The notes beneath the pieces are model-generated. The model ran no database searches, had not been told where the DNA came from, and worked only from the letters and a program-made list of their open reading frames with translations. Shown here piece after piece: positions 1-9,827 of a stretch of 64,000 nt of DNA (position 1 is its first letter; every line of letters begins with the position of its first letter). Made by a program: the position numbers and the translations under genes. The stretch is from positions 2,735-66,734 of the forward strand of contig DJQS01000008.1 of assembly GCA_002438785.1 (NCBI GenBank), written 5' to 3'. Source of the DNA: Bacillales bacterium UBA6380 (lineage in GTDB: Bacteria > Bacillota_I > Bacilli_A > RFN20 > CAG-826).

Positions 1-110
1 TGTTAGTGATACATTTGTTAATAAAGATGAAAGAGAATTAACTCAAAAAGAGCGTCAAGAGGGTTTAAATAAGATGTTTAAACTTGCTTTGACATTAGCT
101 GAATAGAATA

Positions 111-740
111 ATGATTTTTTTAAATAGTGGTTTTACATATTTATTTTTTATTTTATTAATTTTTTTACTATTAGTTATAATTTTTTTACTATTTCTTCCG
201 TTATATAATTATTTATTTAGTAAAAAGAATTTTAAAAATAAAATATATAAAATAATTTATCATTATGCTTTAATTAATGATTTTTATCTTATAAATAATT
301 TAGAGTTAGTTAAGGATGAGGAGGTAAAAGCTGTTATTGATCATGTTTTGTTTTCTAATAAATATATTTATGTAATTAAAAGTAAATATTATGATGATGT
401 AATTGATGGAAAAAAAGAAGATAAAATTTGGATTAGTTATGATAAAAAATGTCGAAAAGAAGAGATTTTTAATCCACTTTTGCTTAATAAAGAAAGATGT
501 GATCGTTTTAGCTTATACAAGCATTTAGATAGAACTTTTTTTATTTCTATTGTAGTTGTAAATAATAATATAAAATTAAAAAACCTTTCAGAACTCAACT
601 CTTTTAATTCATATATATGTAAAATAAAAGATTTAAAAAAACTTATTAAAAGTATTGAAAAAAGAAACGTTTCAAAATTCAATACTGATAGTTTAGATAA
701 AGAAGTTAAAGATATCGCAAAAGAAATTGGGAGATTATAA
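111..740 (+). CDS. NERD-domain membrane protein (N-terminal TM helix, nuclease-related domain)
   Basis: N-terminal hydrophobic helix, then a block 'KAVIDHVLFSNKYIYVIKSKYYDD...KIWISYD' that resembles the NERD (nuclease-related) domain. Called from motif only. Confidence 0.45.
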   Translation: MIFLNSGFTYLFFILLIFLLLVIIFLLFLPLYNYLFSKKNFKNKIYKIIYHYALINDFYLINNLELVKDEEVKAVIDHVLFSNKYIYVIKSKYYDDVIDGKKEDKIWISYDKKCRKEEIFNPLLLNKERCDRFSLYKHLDRTFFISIVVVNNNIKLKNLSELNSFNSYICKIKDLKKLIKSIEKRNVSKFNTDSLDKEVKDIAKEIGRL

Positions 741-1925
741 ATGAATTTTAATAAAAAAGCTTATAAAGATTTCAAAGATAAATCACCTATTATGTTACAA
801 CTAGGATTGATTTTAATTTTATTTTTTGTTTTAGTTTATGTAATTTTTTATTTATTTAATGATTATATATCATCATTTTTAATAAGTAGTTTAATGTATG
901 GTGGTATTTTATCAATTATTTTAATTGTTTGTTTTTTTGCTTTAATATTAGGATTTATATCCCCACTGATATATAGTTATTTTGCAAGTAATAATGTATT
1001 AGATGGCAAAATGAAAGAAAATGTAACGATTAAAAATTTTTTCAGAACATATAAAATTGGTTCAACATTTCCTTTAAAAGGTCAATTAAAATTGTTTACT
1101 AACTTACTTTTTACTTTTTTAATTTATTTATGTTTTATTTTTATAACTTCATTAATAACATTTTCAATTATGTATCAATTTAATGCTTTAAGTTTAGCAA
1201 CAAATGTTAATGAAATAATTAAATTTATAAATGATTTTTATTATCAAAGTGAAATAGGAAATACTGATGGGATGACGAACGCTTTAAGTAATATTACATC
1301 TTTCCTTAATAATCAAGATAAAATGTATCCTTTTATGTATCCAATTACTTTTATTAATTTCTTTGCTATTTTATTTAGTTTATATTTTTTCATACATCAA
1401 ATTAATCTTGGCACTTTTAGATATTACATCGCTTCTTCTTTTGGTGGTGTAAATGCGAAATATTCAAATTTAATTTTTAAACAAGGTATAAAAAATATTC
1501 GAAAAGAATTTTATAAAGATTATTATGATACGTTATATCCTTTACTAATTATATTTATATTAGTATTTACACTTAGTTATTTTTCTTTATATTTTGTTAA
1601 AAATATAACTCAAAACGGACTTTATATATTAAGTTCAACATCAATTTTAATTACACTATCTATATTAATTTTATTAATGCCGATATCGTTTAATCATTTT
1701 ACTTTTTTATGGAATAAATACAATCATAATTTCGTTACTACTTTCATTAGCTTGGCTAATGAAAGTTTAACGCAAATGAAAGAGACCTATAACAATTTCG
1801 ATAACGAAAAAAAAGAACAATTAAAAAAAGCTGAGGACAATTTAAATAAAATAAAAGATCAACTTAAAAATAATCATTCTGATAAGGATGAATCAGATGA
1901 TTCTAAAGATGATCAAACTAAATAA
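741..1925 (+). CDS. polytopic membrane protein, hypothetical, with K/E/D-rich C-terminal tail
   Basis: Multiple hydrophobic segments. The ATG directly abuts the stop of the upstream ORF. C-terminal low-complexity tail 'KKEQLKKAEDNLNKIKDQ...DESDDSKDDQTK'. Confidence 0.5.
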   Translation: MNFNKKAYKDFKDKSPIMLQLGLILILFFVLVYVIFYLFNDYISSFLISSLMYGGILSIILIVCFFALILGFISPLIYSYFASNNVLDGKMKENVTIKNFFRTYKIGSTFPLKGQLKLFTNLLFTFLIYLCFIFITSLITFSIMYQFNALSLATNVNEIIKFINDFYYQSEIGNTDGMTNALSNITSFLNNQDKMYPFMYPITFINFFAILFSLYFFIHQINLGTFRYYIASSFGGVNAKYSNLIFKQGIKNIRKEFYKDYYDTLYPLLIIFILVFTLSYFSLYFVKNITQNGLYILSSTSILITLSILILLMPISFNHFTFLWNKYNHNFVTTFISLANESLTQMKETYNNFDNEKKEQLKKAEDNLNKIKDQLKNNHSDKDESDDSKDDQTK

Positions 1926-2053
1926 ATCATTTATTAATTTATTATATAAAAAAATAGTCTTAAATATGATATAGTATTTAAGGCTTTTTTATTAATTAGA
2001 TTTGATGTTAAAGCAATAAAAAAACATCGATAAATCGATGTTAGATACACGTC

Positions 2054-2127
2054 TGGAGCAAGTGACGGGAATCGAACCCGCATATTAACCTTGGCAAGGT
2101 TACGTTCTACCACTGAACTACACCTGC
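2054..2127 (-). tRNA. tRNA-Gly (anticodon GCC)
   Basis: The reverse complement reads gcaggtgtagttcagtggtagaacg...ccttGCCaagg...ggttcgattcccgtcacttgctCCA. The cloverleaf is good: a 7-bp acceptor stem with one G-U pair, anticodon loop tt-GCC-aa, and an encoded CCA. Confidence 0.85.
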
Positions 2128-2137
2128 GTGCTAAATT

Positions 2138-2166
2138 ATTATACGAAAATGCATTATTAATTGCAA
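2138..2166 (-). promoter_or_regulatory. sigma-70-like promoter for tRNA-Gly (TTGCAA-17-TATAAT on the minus strand)
   Basis: Read on the minus strand: TTGCAA, a 17-nt spacer, then TATAAT ending about 10 nt before the tRNA 5' end. Confidence 0.5.
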
Positions 2167-2182
2167 TAGGAGAATTTAAAAA

Positions 2183-3853
2183 ATGAACGATTTAAATGAA
2201 TTAGCTAACCTTATATTTCCTAATGTTACAAGAACTATTGAAGACTTAGAAAAATTATATCCTGAAAGAAATTTAAAAGAAGGAGCTAAAGTTACTAGGT
2301 TTGCTCCTTCACCAACTGGATTTTTACATACAGGAAGTTTATTTACCTCTCTTGTAGCTTACAAGGTTGCACATGATTCAGATGGTGTTTTTTATATCCG
2401 TTTAGAAGATACGGATACAAAAAGAGAAATCATAGGTAGTGGTGAACATTTAATTAAACAACTATATATGTTTAATATTATTCCTAATGAAGGGTATTTA
2501 GGTGATGAAGAAACTGGAAAATATGGTCCATATAAACAAAGCTCTCGTAAAGAAATTTATGAAATTGTTATTAAAGAAATGATTAAAAAAGGAATAGCGT
2601 ATCCTTGTTTTGCTAGCGAAGAAGAATTAACTAAATTAAGAAACGAACAAACTGCTAATAAAGAAATTACTGGATATTATGGAAAATATGCTATTTATCG
2701 TAATTTAGATGTTGCAACTGCGATTCAAATGATTAAAGATGGCAAGCCTTATGTTATTAGATTTAAAAGCTCTGGAAATCATCTAAACAAAATCAAAGTT
2801 CATGACGAAATTCGTGGTGATTTAGAATTATCACAAAATGATCAGGATATAGTAATTATGAAAAGTGATGGATTACCTACATATCATTTTGCCCATATTT
2901 GTGATGACCATTTCATGAGAACAAATTTAGTTACACGTGGTGAAGAATGGTTATCTTCTTTACCAATTCACTTAGAAATTTTTAAAGCTTTAGGATTTAA
3001 AGCACCAAAGTATGCTCATTTACCAGTCATTATGAAATTAGATAACGGAAATAGAAGAAAACTCTCTAAAAGAAAAGACGCTGAAGCTAGTGTAGATTAC
3101 TTTATAAAGCAAGGATATGAACCTAATGCTTTACTTGTCTATTTAATGACTATTGCAAACTCAAATTATGAAGATTTTATTGTTCAAAGCAAAGATTATA
3201 ATTTAGACCATTTTAAATTTAGTTTAAAAAAGATGAGTTTAGATGGTGCACTTTTTGATATTGGTAAATTGAATTTTTATTCTAAAGAAATTTTGTCTAA
3301 GATGAGTAAAGAAGAAATTTCTAATAAAGCCTTTGAATGGGCACAAATCTATGATCCATGTTTTGCTTCATTTATAAAAAAGGATTATGAAAGATTTTTA
3401 GCAATTATGAATATTGAAAGAGAAAAGAAAAATCCAAGAAAAGATTATGCTAAGTATAGTGATATATTTCCTTTAATTAAATTTTTTGATTATGATTTCT
3501 ATAAAGAAATTATTAATAAAAAAGAATATACTTTAAATAGTAAAATTTCTTTAGAAATTATAAAAACCTTTCTAAAATCATATGAAAATTCTAATTTTAT
3601 AAATTATGAATTTGAAAATGATTGGTTTAATAATATTAAAGATGTCGCTAAAAGAATAGGATTTTGTGTTGATAATAAATTATATAAGGAACATCCTTTA
3701 GACTATGTTGGCAATGTAAATGATGCCTGTGAACTATTAAGAATATGCTTAACAGGTAGAAATGTTACTCCTAATTTATTTTCAATTATGAAAATATTAA
3801 AGCAAAATGAAATTAAAAATAGAATAAATTATTTTGTTAATTTGCTTAAGTAG
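2183..3853 (+). CDS. gltX: glutamate--tRNA ligase (class I aaRS)
   Basis: 'RFAPSPTGFLHTGS' is the HIGH-type signature and 'KLSKR' is the KMSKS-type motif. AGGAG ribosome-binding site 11 nt upstream. A C-terminal extension makes it 556 aa. Confidence 0.88.
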   Translation: MNDLNELANLIFPNVTRTIEDLEKLYPERNLKEGAKVTRFAPSPTGFLHTGSLFTSLVAYKVAHDSDGVFYIRLEDTDTKREIIGSGEHLIKQLYMFNIIPNEGYLGDEETGKYGPYKQSSRKEIYEIVIKEMIKKGIAYPCFASEEELTKLRNEQTANKEITGYYGKYAIYRNLDVATAIQMIKDGKPYVIRFKSSGNHLNKIKVHDEIRGDLELSQNDQDIVIMKSDGLPTYHFAHICDDHFMRTNLVTRGEEWLSSLPIHLEIFKALGFKAPKYAHLPVIMKLDNGNRRKLSKRKDAEASVDYFIKQGYEPNALLVYLMTIANSNYEDFIVQSKDYNLDHFKFSLKKMSLDGALFDIGKLNFYSKEILSKMSKEEISNKAFEWAQIYDPCFASFIKKDYERFLAIMNIEREKKNPRKDYAKYSDIFPLIKFFDYDFYKEIINKKEYTLNSKISLEIIKTFLKSYENSNFINYEFENDWFNNIKDVAKRIGFCVDNKLYKEHPLDYVGNVNDACELLRICLTGRNVTPNLFSIMKILKQNEIKNRINYFVNLLK

Positions 3854-3865
3854 TTTGGTGGTTTT

Positions 3866-5548
3866 ATGAAGAGAAGTTTTACTATTTTATGTTTTAATTT
3901 ACTCATAACATCCAGTTTATTTGTTAGTGGATGTAATAATTCAAATTATCAAAATTTATGTACGATTAATTTTTATGTTGAAAATACTATATATGAGACT
4001 AAAAAGATAAATAAAGGTGAAAAATTATCTTATATTGAGGCACCTAAAATTGAAAATAAAGAATTTAAATATTGGACATTAGATTTAAATAGTAATACTG
4101 AATTTAATTTTAATACAATAGTTGAAAATGATTTAAATTTATATGCTTATTATGTTGACTCAGATTCTAATTATATAAAATTAGAACAAGACGATATCAG
4201 ATTTACGTATGATGACGTTTATAAATCGCAATATACTGGAGTAATTCCAAGTATCGGTAATCCTAATATTATAGTTGTTCCTGTTGAATTTAGTGATCAA
4301 ACTAGTTATAAATTTAATTCAAAGAATTTAAATACCTTAAATGCCTTATTTAATGGTAATAAAGAAGATAACACCAATGATTATCGTGAATCAGTACGCA
4401 GTTTTTATAAAAAATCTAGTTATGGATTGTTAGACATAAATTTTATTATAAGTGATGTATATAAGCCAACTATTACAAGTCGAAGTTTTGTAAGTTATGA
4501 AAATAGAGAAGATGGTGGGGGCACTTATAAATTAATTGAAGAATTTTATAATGAAGGGACGATAAACGACAAAAAAATTAACTTTAATGACTCAATATAT
4601 GATCTAAATAATGATAAATATGTTGATGGAATATGGTTTGTTTATAACAATATTAGTGAATATGATGCACAAAATTATTGGCCATATGTTTATTGGTATT
4701 ATGGTAATGATTCAACAATAAATATTAGTGCTTATGGTAATTGTAGTGCATATTTTATGTATGAAGATAGCTCTATTGGACAAGATTATCACACTTTTGT
4801 TCATGAAACAGGCCACATGTTAGGTCTTAATGATTATTATAATAGTAGTATTGATTCACAAATTGGTGCTTGTGGTGGACTTGATATGATGGATCAAAAT
4901 ATCGGTGATCATGATGCTTTTTCAAAATTTAGCTTAGGATGGACTAGTCCTTATATTGTTAAAGATGAGTGTGAAATAACATTAAAACCTTTTTCAACAA
5001 CAGGTGAATCAATTATAGTTGGTAATGAATTTAACAATAGCGCTTTTTCTGAATATTTTATTATTGAATTTTACACCCCAACTAATTTAAATGAATTAGA
5101 TTCTACTAATAAATATCCTAATAGAACTTTATACTATAGCAAAAATGGTGTTCGTATTTTTCATATTGACGCTCGTTTAGGAAAATTCAGTAATGAATAT
5201 AATAGTAGTTTTATGAACGAATTTTTAAATGTTGAAGCTACAAGTATTCCGTCTTTACTAGATACCAATAATAGATACTTTTATAATCCAGTTGGGGATA
5301 ATAGTTTAGATTATTCTTATGATGGTAAAACTCCTTTAATTGAATTAGTTACGAAGGGGAACACCCCTTTAAATAATAAACGTGTTGCTAATGACAATGA
5401 TTTATTTCATGTTGGAGACGTTTTTAATAAAGTAAATCAATCAAATTTTTTTAATAAAGGATTATTTAATAATGGTACATCTTTTGACTATAATGTTAGC
5501 ATTATAGAAATGAATGATAGTTTTGTAAGAATTAAATTTTCTAAATAA
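3866..5548 (+). CDS. surface lipoprotein zinc metalloprotease (HExxH, M6/InhA-like?)
   Basis: Signal peptide with lipobox 'FVSGC'. Zinc-binding motif 'VHETGHMLGLNDYY' (HExxH plus a downstream D). The family assignment is tentative. Confidence 0.6.
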   Translation: MKRSFTILCFNLLITSSLFVSGCNNSNYQNLCTINFYVENTIYETKKINKGEKLSYIEAPKIENKEFKYWTLDLNSNTEFNFNTIVENDLNLYAYYVDSDSNYIKLEQDDIRFTYDDVYKSQYTGVIPSIGNPNIIVVPVEFSDQTSYKFNSKNLNTLNALFNGNKEDNTNDYRESVRSFYKKSSYGLLDINFIISDVYKPTITSRSFVSYENREDGGGTYKLIEEFYNEGTINDKKINFNDSIYDLNNDKYVDGIWFVYNNISEYDAQNYWPYVYWYYGNDSTINISAYGNCSAYFMYEDSSIGQDYHTFVHETGHMLGLNDYYNSSIDSQIGACGGLDMMDQNIGDHDAFSKFSLGWTSPYIVKDECEITLKPFSTTGESIIVGNEFNNSAFSEYFIIEFYTPTNLNELDSTNKYPNRTLYYSKNGVRIFHIDARLGKFSNEYNSSFMNEFLNVEATSIPSLLDTNNRYFYNPVGDNSLDYSYDGKTPLIELVTKGNTPLNNKRVANDNDLFHVGDVFNKVNQSNFFNKGLFNNGTSFDYNVSIIEMNDSFVRIKFSK

Positions 5549-5591
5549 TTATATTTTAATTTACTATTATAAAGAATATAATAGTAAACAC

Positions 5592-5668
5592 GGCCTATTG
5601 GAGAAGTGGCTTAACTCACTGCCCTCTCAAGGCAGCATTCGTCGGTTCGAATCCGTCATAGGCTACCA
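5592..5668 (+). tRNA. tRNA-Glu-like gene with anticodon CUC (possible unusual isoacceptor or pseudo-tRNA)
   Basis: 77 nt with an encoded CCA. The first 28 nt are identical to the tRNA-Glu(UUC) at 21156. Perfect 5-bp anticodon stem ctgcc/ggcag with loop c-u-CUC-a-a. The T-stem carries one U-U mismatch (gtcgg/ccgtc). TATAAT at 5577-5582. Confidence 0.55.
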
Positions 5669-5680
5669 ATTTAATGAATT

Positions 5681-5710
5681 CCTATAATCACAAGTGTTAT
5701 AGGTTTTTTT
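5681..5710. terminator. bidirectional rho-independent terminator (stem cctataa/ttatagg, then T7)
   Basis: 7-bp perfect stem, 9-nt loop and a T-run on the plus strand, with an A-run on the minus strand. It overlaps the stop codon of the convergent minus-strand gene. Confidence 0.6.
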
Positions 5711-6824
5711 ATTTATTATTATAAATTGATATATATATTTCTTTCTCTTTTATAGTTCCACCTGCATGATTTGCCACAAGTGGCTTAAATTTTGAACTTG
5801 AAGTTAATGGATTATTAAATGAATATTCACCTTTAGATATTAGGAAGTAGTCACCTAAAGTGTTAATTGCGTTAATATTATAATTATTTGAATACCCAAA
5901 AATATGTTTTTGTAAAATTTCATCTTTAGTTAATAAAATGAATTTATCTTTATAATATAAGTTATATGCTTTTATAAAATTTTCTGGATTTTCAACAAAA
6001 AAACTTGCAAATCTCCCTTCAATAAAAAAATTTTTAAATTTTAATGAGTTATAAAATAAAGGATACTCATCAATGAAAATATTTTTAACATTAATCATCC
6101 CATGATCAGCTACTAGTATAAATATGGTATTTGGATTATTGTTAACTAAGTTAGAAACTTTAATATCTAAAAGTTTAATTAAGTCTTTTAAACCATAAAA
6201 ATCTATTCCGTTCATATGCATATAATGATCAGGCTCGCAACAATAAAGGTATGTAAAATCAAAGTCTTTTATTTTTTTGCTAGCTTCTTCAAATAATAAA
6301 TCCAAATCATAATCATTATTTTCCTTTAGAAAATTAAAACCCATTAATTGAATTGCTTTGTATTTATTATTGTTATTAATAATTTTGATAAAGTTTGTAA
6401 TATTTAGAATTTTTTCTGTAATTGGTGGATAAATTTTTTCTTTAGTTAATGAATTTGTACTAGGAAATATATCAATAAAAGAATTTATTTTTGGAAAATA
6501 TTGAGACCATCCTATGTAACCAGTTTCAATTGGATATTTACCAGTTAGCAAGGAAGTAGTAGCGGCAACTGTAGTTGGAGGATAAATAGAATTAATTGTT
6601 TTAAAAACATGACTATAAATAAATGGGCAATATTCTTTGTATTTATCGATGATATTTTTGCCAAATCCGTCAAGAAGTATCAAACAAACGTTTTTATTTT
6701 TATTTTTATTTAAAATGTCATCAATATATTTTAAAGAATGATGAAATGTTTGACATTCGAATCTTTTTAATATTGAATTACTGAGATTTACTAAAGTTTC
6801 TTTTTTACTAAGTTCTAATTTCAT
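5709..6824 (-). CDS. alkaline-phosphatase superfamily protein (type I phosphodiesterase / nucleotide pyrophosphatase-like)
   Basis: 'VCLILLDGFG' and 'ILVADHGM' are the metal-ligand motifs of the AlkP-core / nucleotide pyrophosphatase family. Confidence 0.6.
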   Translation of the reverse strand: MKLELSKKETLVNLSNSILKRFECQTFHHSLKYIDDILNKNKNKNVCLILLDGFGKNIIDKYKEYCPFIYSHVFKTINSIYPPTTVAATTSLLTGKYPIETGYIGWSQYFPKINSFIDIFPSTNSLTKEKIYPPITEKILNITNFIKIINNNNKYKAIQLMGFNFLKENNDYDLDLLFEEASKKIKDFDFTYLYCCEPDHYMHMNGIDFYGLKDLIKLLDIKVSNLVNNNPNTIFILVADHGMINVKNIFIDEYPLFYNSLKFKNFFIEGRFASFFVENPENFIKAYNLYYKDKFILLTKDEILQKHIFGYSNNYNINAINTLGDYFLISKGEYSFNNPLTSSSKFKPLVANHAGGTIKEKEIYISIYNNK

Positions 6825-7086
6825 AACTAGTTATTCTAATTTTTCTATGTTATAAAAACAACAAATTTTTAATTTAAAACACAATTTTTTTATTTAAAAT
6901 TTTTAAAAAATACGATTGTGTCTTACTTTTTTAATTAAAATGAAACTAATTTAAAACACAATTGTTTTTTAAAAAGTTAAAAAATGTAAGAATAAATATA
7001 AAAACCTTGTTGTTTTAAAGGATTTTTTTGAAAATTTTACGAAATTAATTATTTATTTTTTAGAATTAAAACATTAATATATAAGT

Positions 7087-7986
7087 ATGCAACACTTAAG
7101 TGACATTATTATAGTATGCTTATTAGCTTACGGATTTATTTTTGGATTAAGCCAAGGTTTTTTTCGAAAACTATGGAGAACTGTCGTTTTTTGTTCGCTT
7201 TTATTAATAATTTACTTTGCTTTTAAAGAAGTTGCAATTGATTTTATTAGATATGACTTATTAAGATTGATTAAACCTGACGGGATTGTTATCAATGTAA
7301 ATGAAGATTATTCAATTATTGCTACAAATATAGAAGATATTTTTGTAGTTTTGCAAAATGCTGATGAAAATTTAAGTGGTCAATATTTGAAACTAACATG
7401 TGCTCTTACATGTAAATTTATCTTTGTAGTTGCTTGCATTGGAGTTTCACTCATTGCTTCTATTGTAATTAGTTGGCCTTCATGGCACTTAGTAAAATTT
7501 ATAATTCCATCTAAGTTTAGAAAGCATGTTGGAATTTTTCAACGTTTATTTGGATGTGTTGTTGGAACATTTGAATGGATAGTAATTACATATTTATACG
7601 CAATTAGTCTTGGACAAGTTTGCCCAATATTAACAGAAATATTACCTTTATTAGAAAACGTTAATCAATTATCTAATTACTATTCTCAAATTAGTGAAGT
7701 AGTTAAATATATTAATCTAATTCTTGATCCTTCTAATTCAATTATTATGACTAATTTATTTAAGATTTTGTCATCTATTGGTATAGATTCTTATAAATTA
7801 TTAAGTTTTGAGTGGAACAACGCTCGTATTTTATTTAAAGATTCTTACGATTCACTTATTAGTGCAATCGATAAAATATTAAAAAATATTAATAGTTCTA
7901 ATAGTGGAAGTGAGAATGAAAATGTGGAAGGAATTTCTAATATAATTTCTTCTTATAAATTCGGTTTTAATTATTTAGGGATATAA
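7087..7986 (+). CDS. CvpA-family membrane protein
   Basis: The N-terminus 'IIIVCLLAYGFIFGLSQGFFRKLWRTVVF' is typical of CvpA (colicin V production) family proteins. Several TM helices. Confidence 0.5.
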   Translation: MQHLSDIIIVCLLAYGFIFGLSQGFFRKLWRTVVFCSLLLIIYFAFKEVAIDFIRYDLLRLIKPDGIVINVNEDYSIIATNIEDIFVVLQNADENLSGQYLKLTCALTCKFIFVVACIGVSLIASIVISWPSWHLVKFIIPSKFRKHVGIFQRLFGCVVGTFEWIVITYLYAISLGQVCPILTEILPLLENVNQLSNYYSQISEVVKYINLILDPSNSIIMTNLFKILSSIGIDSYKLLSFEWNNARILFKDSYDSLISAIDKILKNINSSNSGSENENVEGISNIISSYKFGFNYLGI

Positions 7987-8000
7987 AGGAGGATTAAAAC

Positions 8001-9815
8001 ATGAAAAAGAAAGGGTTGGCTTTGTGGACTGTGCTAACAATTGCCAGTGTATTACTTTTAGTACTTACTTTTTTATTTAGTAGTATCACTGAATGCGTTG
8101 GACTTTACACAAAAGACGCTAGCGAAATTACTTGGTTAAGTTTTGCTAATTTTTTTGCACCATTTGTTTATGGATTTAATGCTATAGCAAGTTTCAGTGT
8201 AAGATATTTAACAATAAGCTTAATTGTTGCTGTTGGATTATTTTTAATCGGAACGGTTGTATTATTTGTTTTAATGGGAGTTAAGAAAAAATGGAAGTAT
8301 TTAGGACAATTTTTTGTTCTATTAATTACCGCTGTTGTAGGTGTTTATTTATTATGCTTTATCTTTGATACTGATGCCTTTAATGGTATGAGTCCATCTA
8401 GACAAATGATTACAACTAACACATTCTATAATAGTTTGTTGCTTTTTACTTCTAATGGTAAGATTCCTGGAAATGTTATTACATCAACTATTTATTATTT
8501 GTTTTTAGTATTTATTGTTACAACAATTGTTGCAGTTTTTGGAATGACTATTTTGACAGCTATTAGACTTTTACAAACAAGAGTTGAAACTAATAATGCT
8601 GCTCCTGTTAAAGATGAAACTGTTAGTAATGCAAAAGTGAATGTTACTGAAGAGGAAAAACCTCTTGAAAAACCAACACCTAAGAAAAAAGTTGTTCTTG
8701 TTGTTAAAAGATATGATAGTTTTAAAGATGCCGGAGAAAAACCTGCTGAAAAACCTACTAATTATCCACATGAACAAGTAGTTGTTGAGCCATTAACTAG
8801 AGAAGATATTCGTCGTGCATTAAAAGAGGAGTTAGATGCTCGTTCAAAAGAAGAACAAAAAATTTCTTCTTACAACGAAATGAATAAATTAAAAGAAGAA
8901 CATTTAACTGTTAGTGAAGCTGATGCAACTAAGGTTGAAAAGGATGAACCACAAATTCCTACACCTGTTATTGTTGCTATTCCTACACCTGTTAAAGAAA
9001 AAGATTTAAATGAAGAATCGACTAAGGTTGAGCCAAAAGTAGAAAAAGAACCTTCTTTAACAAAAGAACAAATTAGGGATATTATTAAAGAAGAATTATT
9101 AAAAGCTTTAGAAGAATTAAAAAATCAAGAACCTGAAGTTGTAGAAGAGGTTGTAGAAGAAGTTCATGAAATTAAAGTACCAGTCGTCAAAAAAGTAGTT
9201 GAAGAAACTAAGACTGAGACTGAGCCTAATAATGAATTAGTAACTGAGGAAGTTAAAGAGGAACCGGTAGAGTCTAAAGAAGAATTAACAGAAGAATCTT
9301 CTACTACTAAACCTGTTGAAGAACAAAAGGCAACAGATGATAAAGAAGAACCAGTCGAAGAATTGGAAGTTAATAAGATTGAGAGAATACCTTTTGCACA
9401 AAGAATTAGAGAAGCTGATGCTGAAACTAAAGATAATTATAATCAAATAAAGTCATTGCTATTAAGTTATGGCTTAAAAAATAGAACAAGTAATGGCGGC
9501 GATGCTTTTAGATTGCATAAAGTTACATATTGTAAAATTACTGTTGCAGGAAAATCCTTGAAACTCTATTTAGCTTTAAACCCAGAAGATTATAAAAATA
9601 CAACTTTACCAATTAAAGATGCTTCTAGTAAAGCAATTTATAAAGAAATACCATTAGTTTTCAAAGTAAAAAGTGGTTTATCGCTTAGAAGAGCTGAACA
9701 ACTAATCACTGAAATGATGGACAAACACGGAATTGAACAAGCTGATCGTGTTGAAGTTAAAGATTATGCTTCTACATTAGAAAATACAACTGATGAAGAA
9801 GATAGTGAAGAATAG
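8001..9815 (+). CDS. membrane-anchored protein, paralog A: about 4 TM helices, an E/K/P-rich disordered linker and a conserved C-terminal domain of unknown function
   Basis: About 190 aa of hydrophobic N-terminus, then about 260 aa of acidic/lysine low complexity containing a 'TPVIVAIPTPV' motif. The C-terminal 115 aa are about 55% identical to the C-terminus of the next gene. Confidence 0.6.
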   Translation: MKKKGLALWTVLTIASVLLLVLTFLFSSITECVGLYTKDASEITWLSFANFFAPFVYGFNAIASFSVRYLTISLIVAVGLFLIGTVVLFVLMGVKKKWKYLGQFFVLLITAVVGVYLLCFIFDTDAFNGMSPSRQMITTNTFYNSLLLFTSNGKIPGNVITSTIYYLFLVFIVTTIVAVFGMTILTAIRLLQTRVETNNAAPVKDETVSNAKVNVTEEEKPLEKPTPKKKVVLVVKRYDSFKDAGEKPAEKPTNYPHEQVVVEPLTREDIRRALKEELDARSKEEQKISSYNEMNKLKEEHLTVSEADATKVEKDEPQIPTPVIVAIPTPVKEKDLNEESTKVEPKVEKEPSLTKEQIRDIIKEELLKALEELKNQEPEVVEEVVEEVHEIKVPVVKKVVEETKTETEPNNELVTEEVKEEPVESKEELTEESSTTKPVEEQKATDDKEEPVEELEVNKIERIPFAQRIREADAETKDNYNQIKSLLLSYGLKNRTSNGGDAFRLHKVTYCKITVAGKSLKLYLALNPEDYKNTTLPIKDASSKAIYKEIPLVFKVKSGLSLRRAEQLITEMMDKHGIEQADRVEVKDYASTLENTTDEEDSEE

Positions 9816-9827
9816 GAGAATCAAATT

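Noticed and set aside
437-682. Short antisense ORFs lying inside long genes (437-682, 8571-8777, 10976-11158, 14784-15259, 15706-15939, 21808-22071, 23826-24089, 28903-29310, 31955-32236, 35532-35738, 41258-41467, 51551-51772, 51909-52121, 59415-59597, 60540-60737, 62704-62910).
   Set aside because: All are fully embedded in, or antisense to, well-supported longer genes. They have low-complexity, AT-codon-biased translations and no ribosome-binding site. They are typical six-frame noise in AT-rich DNA.
2128-2182. T-box leader upstream of gltX.
   Set aside because: The region is only about 55 nt and lacks specifier and antiterminator structures. It holds the divergent tRNA-Gly promoter and the gltX ribosome-binding site.
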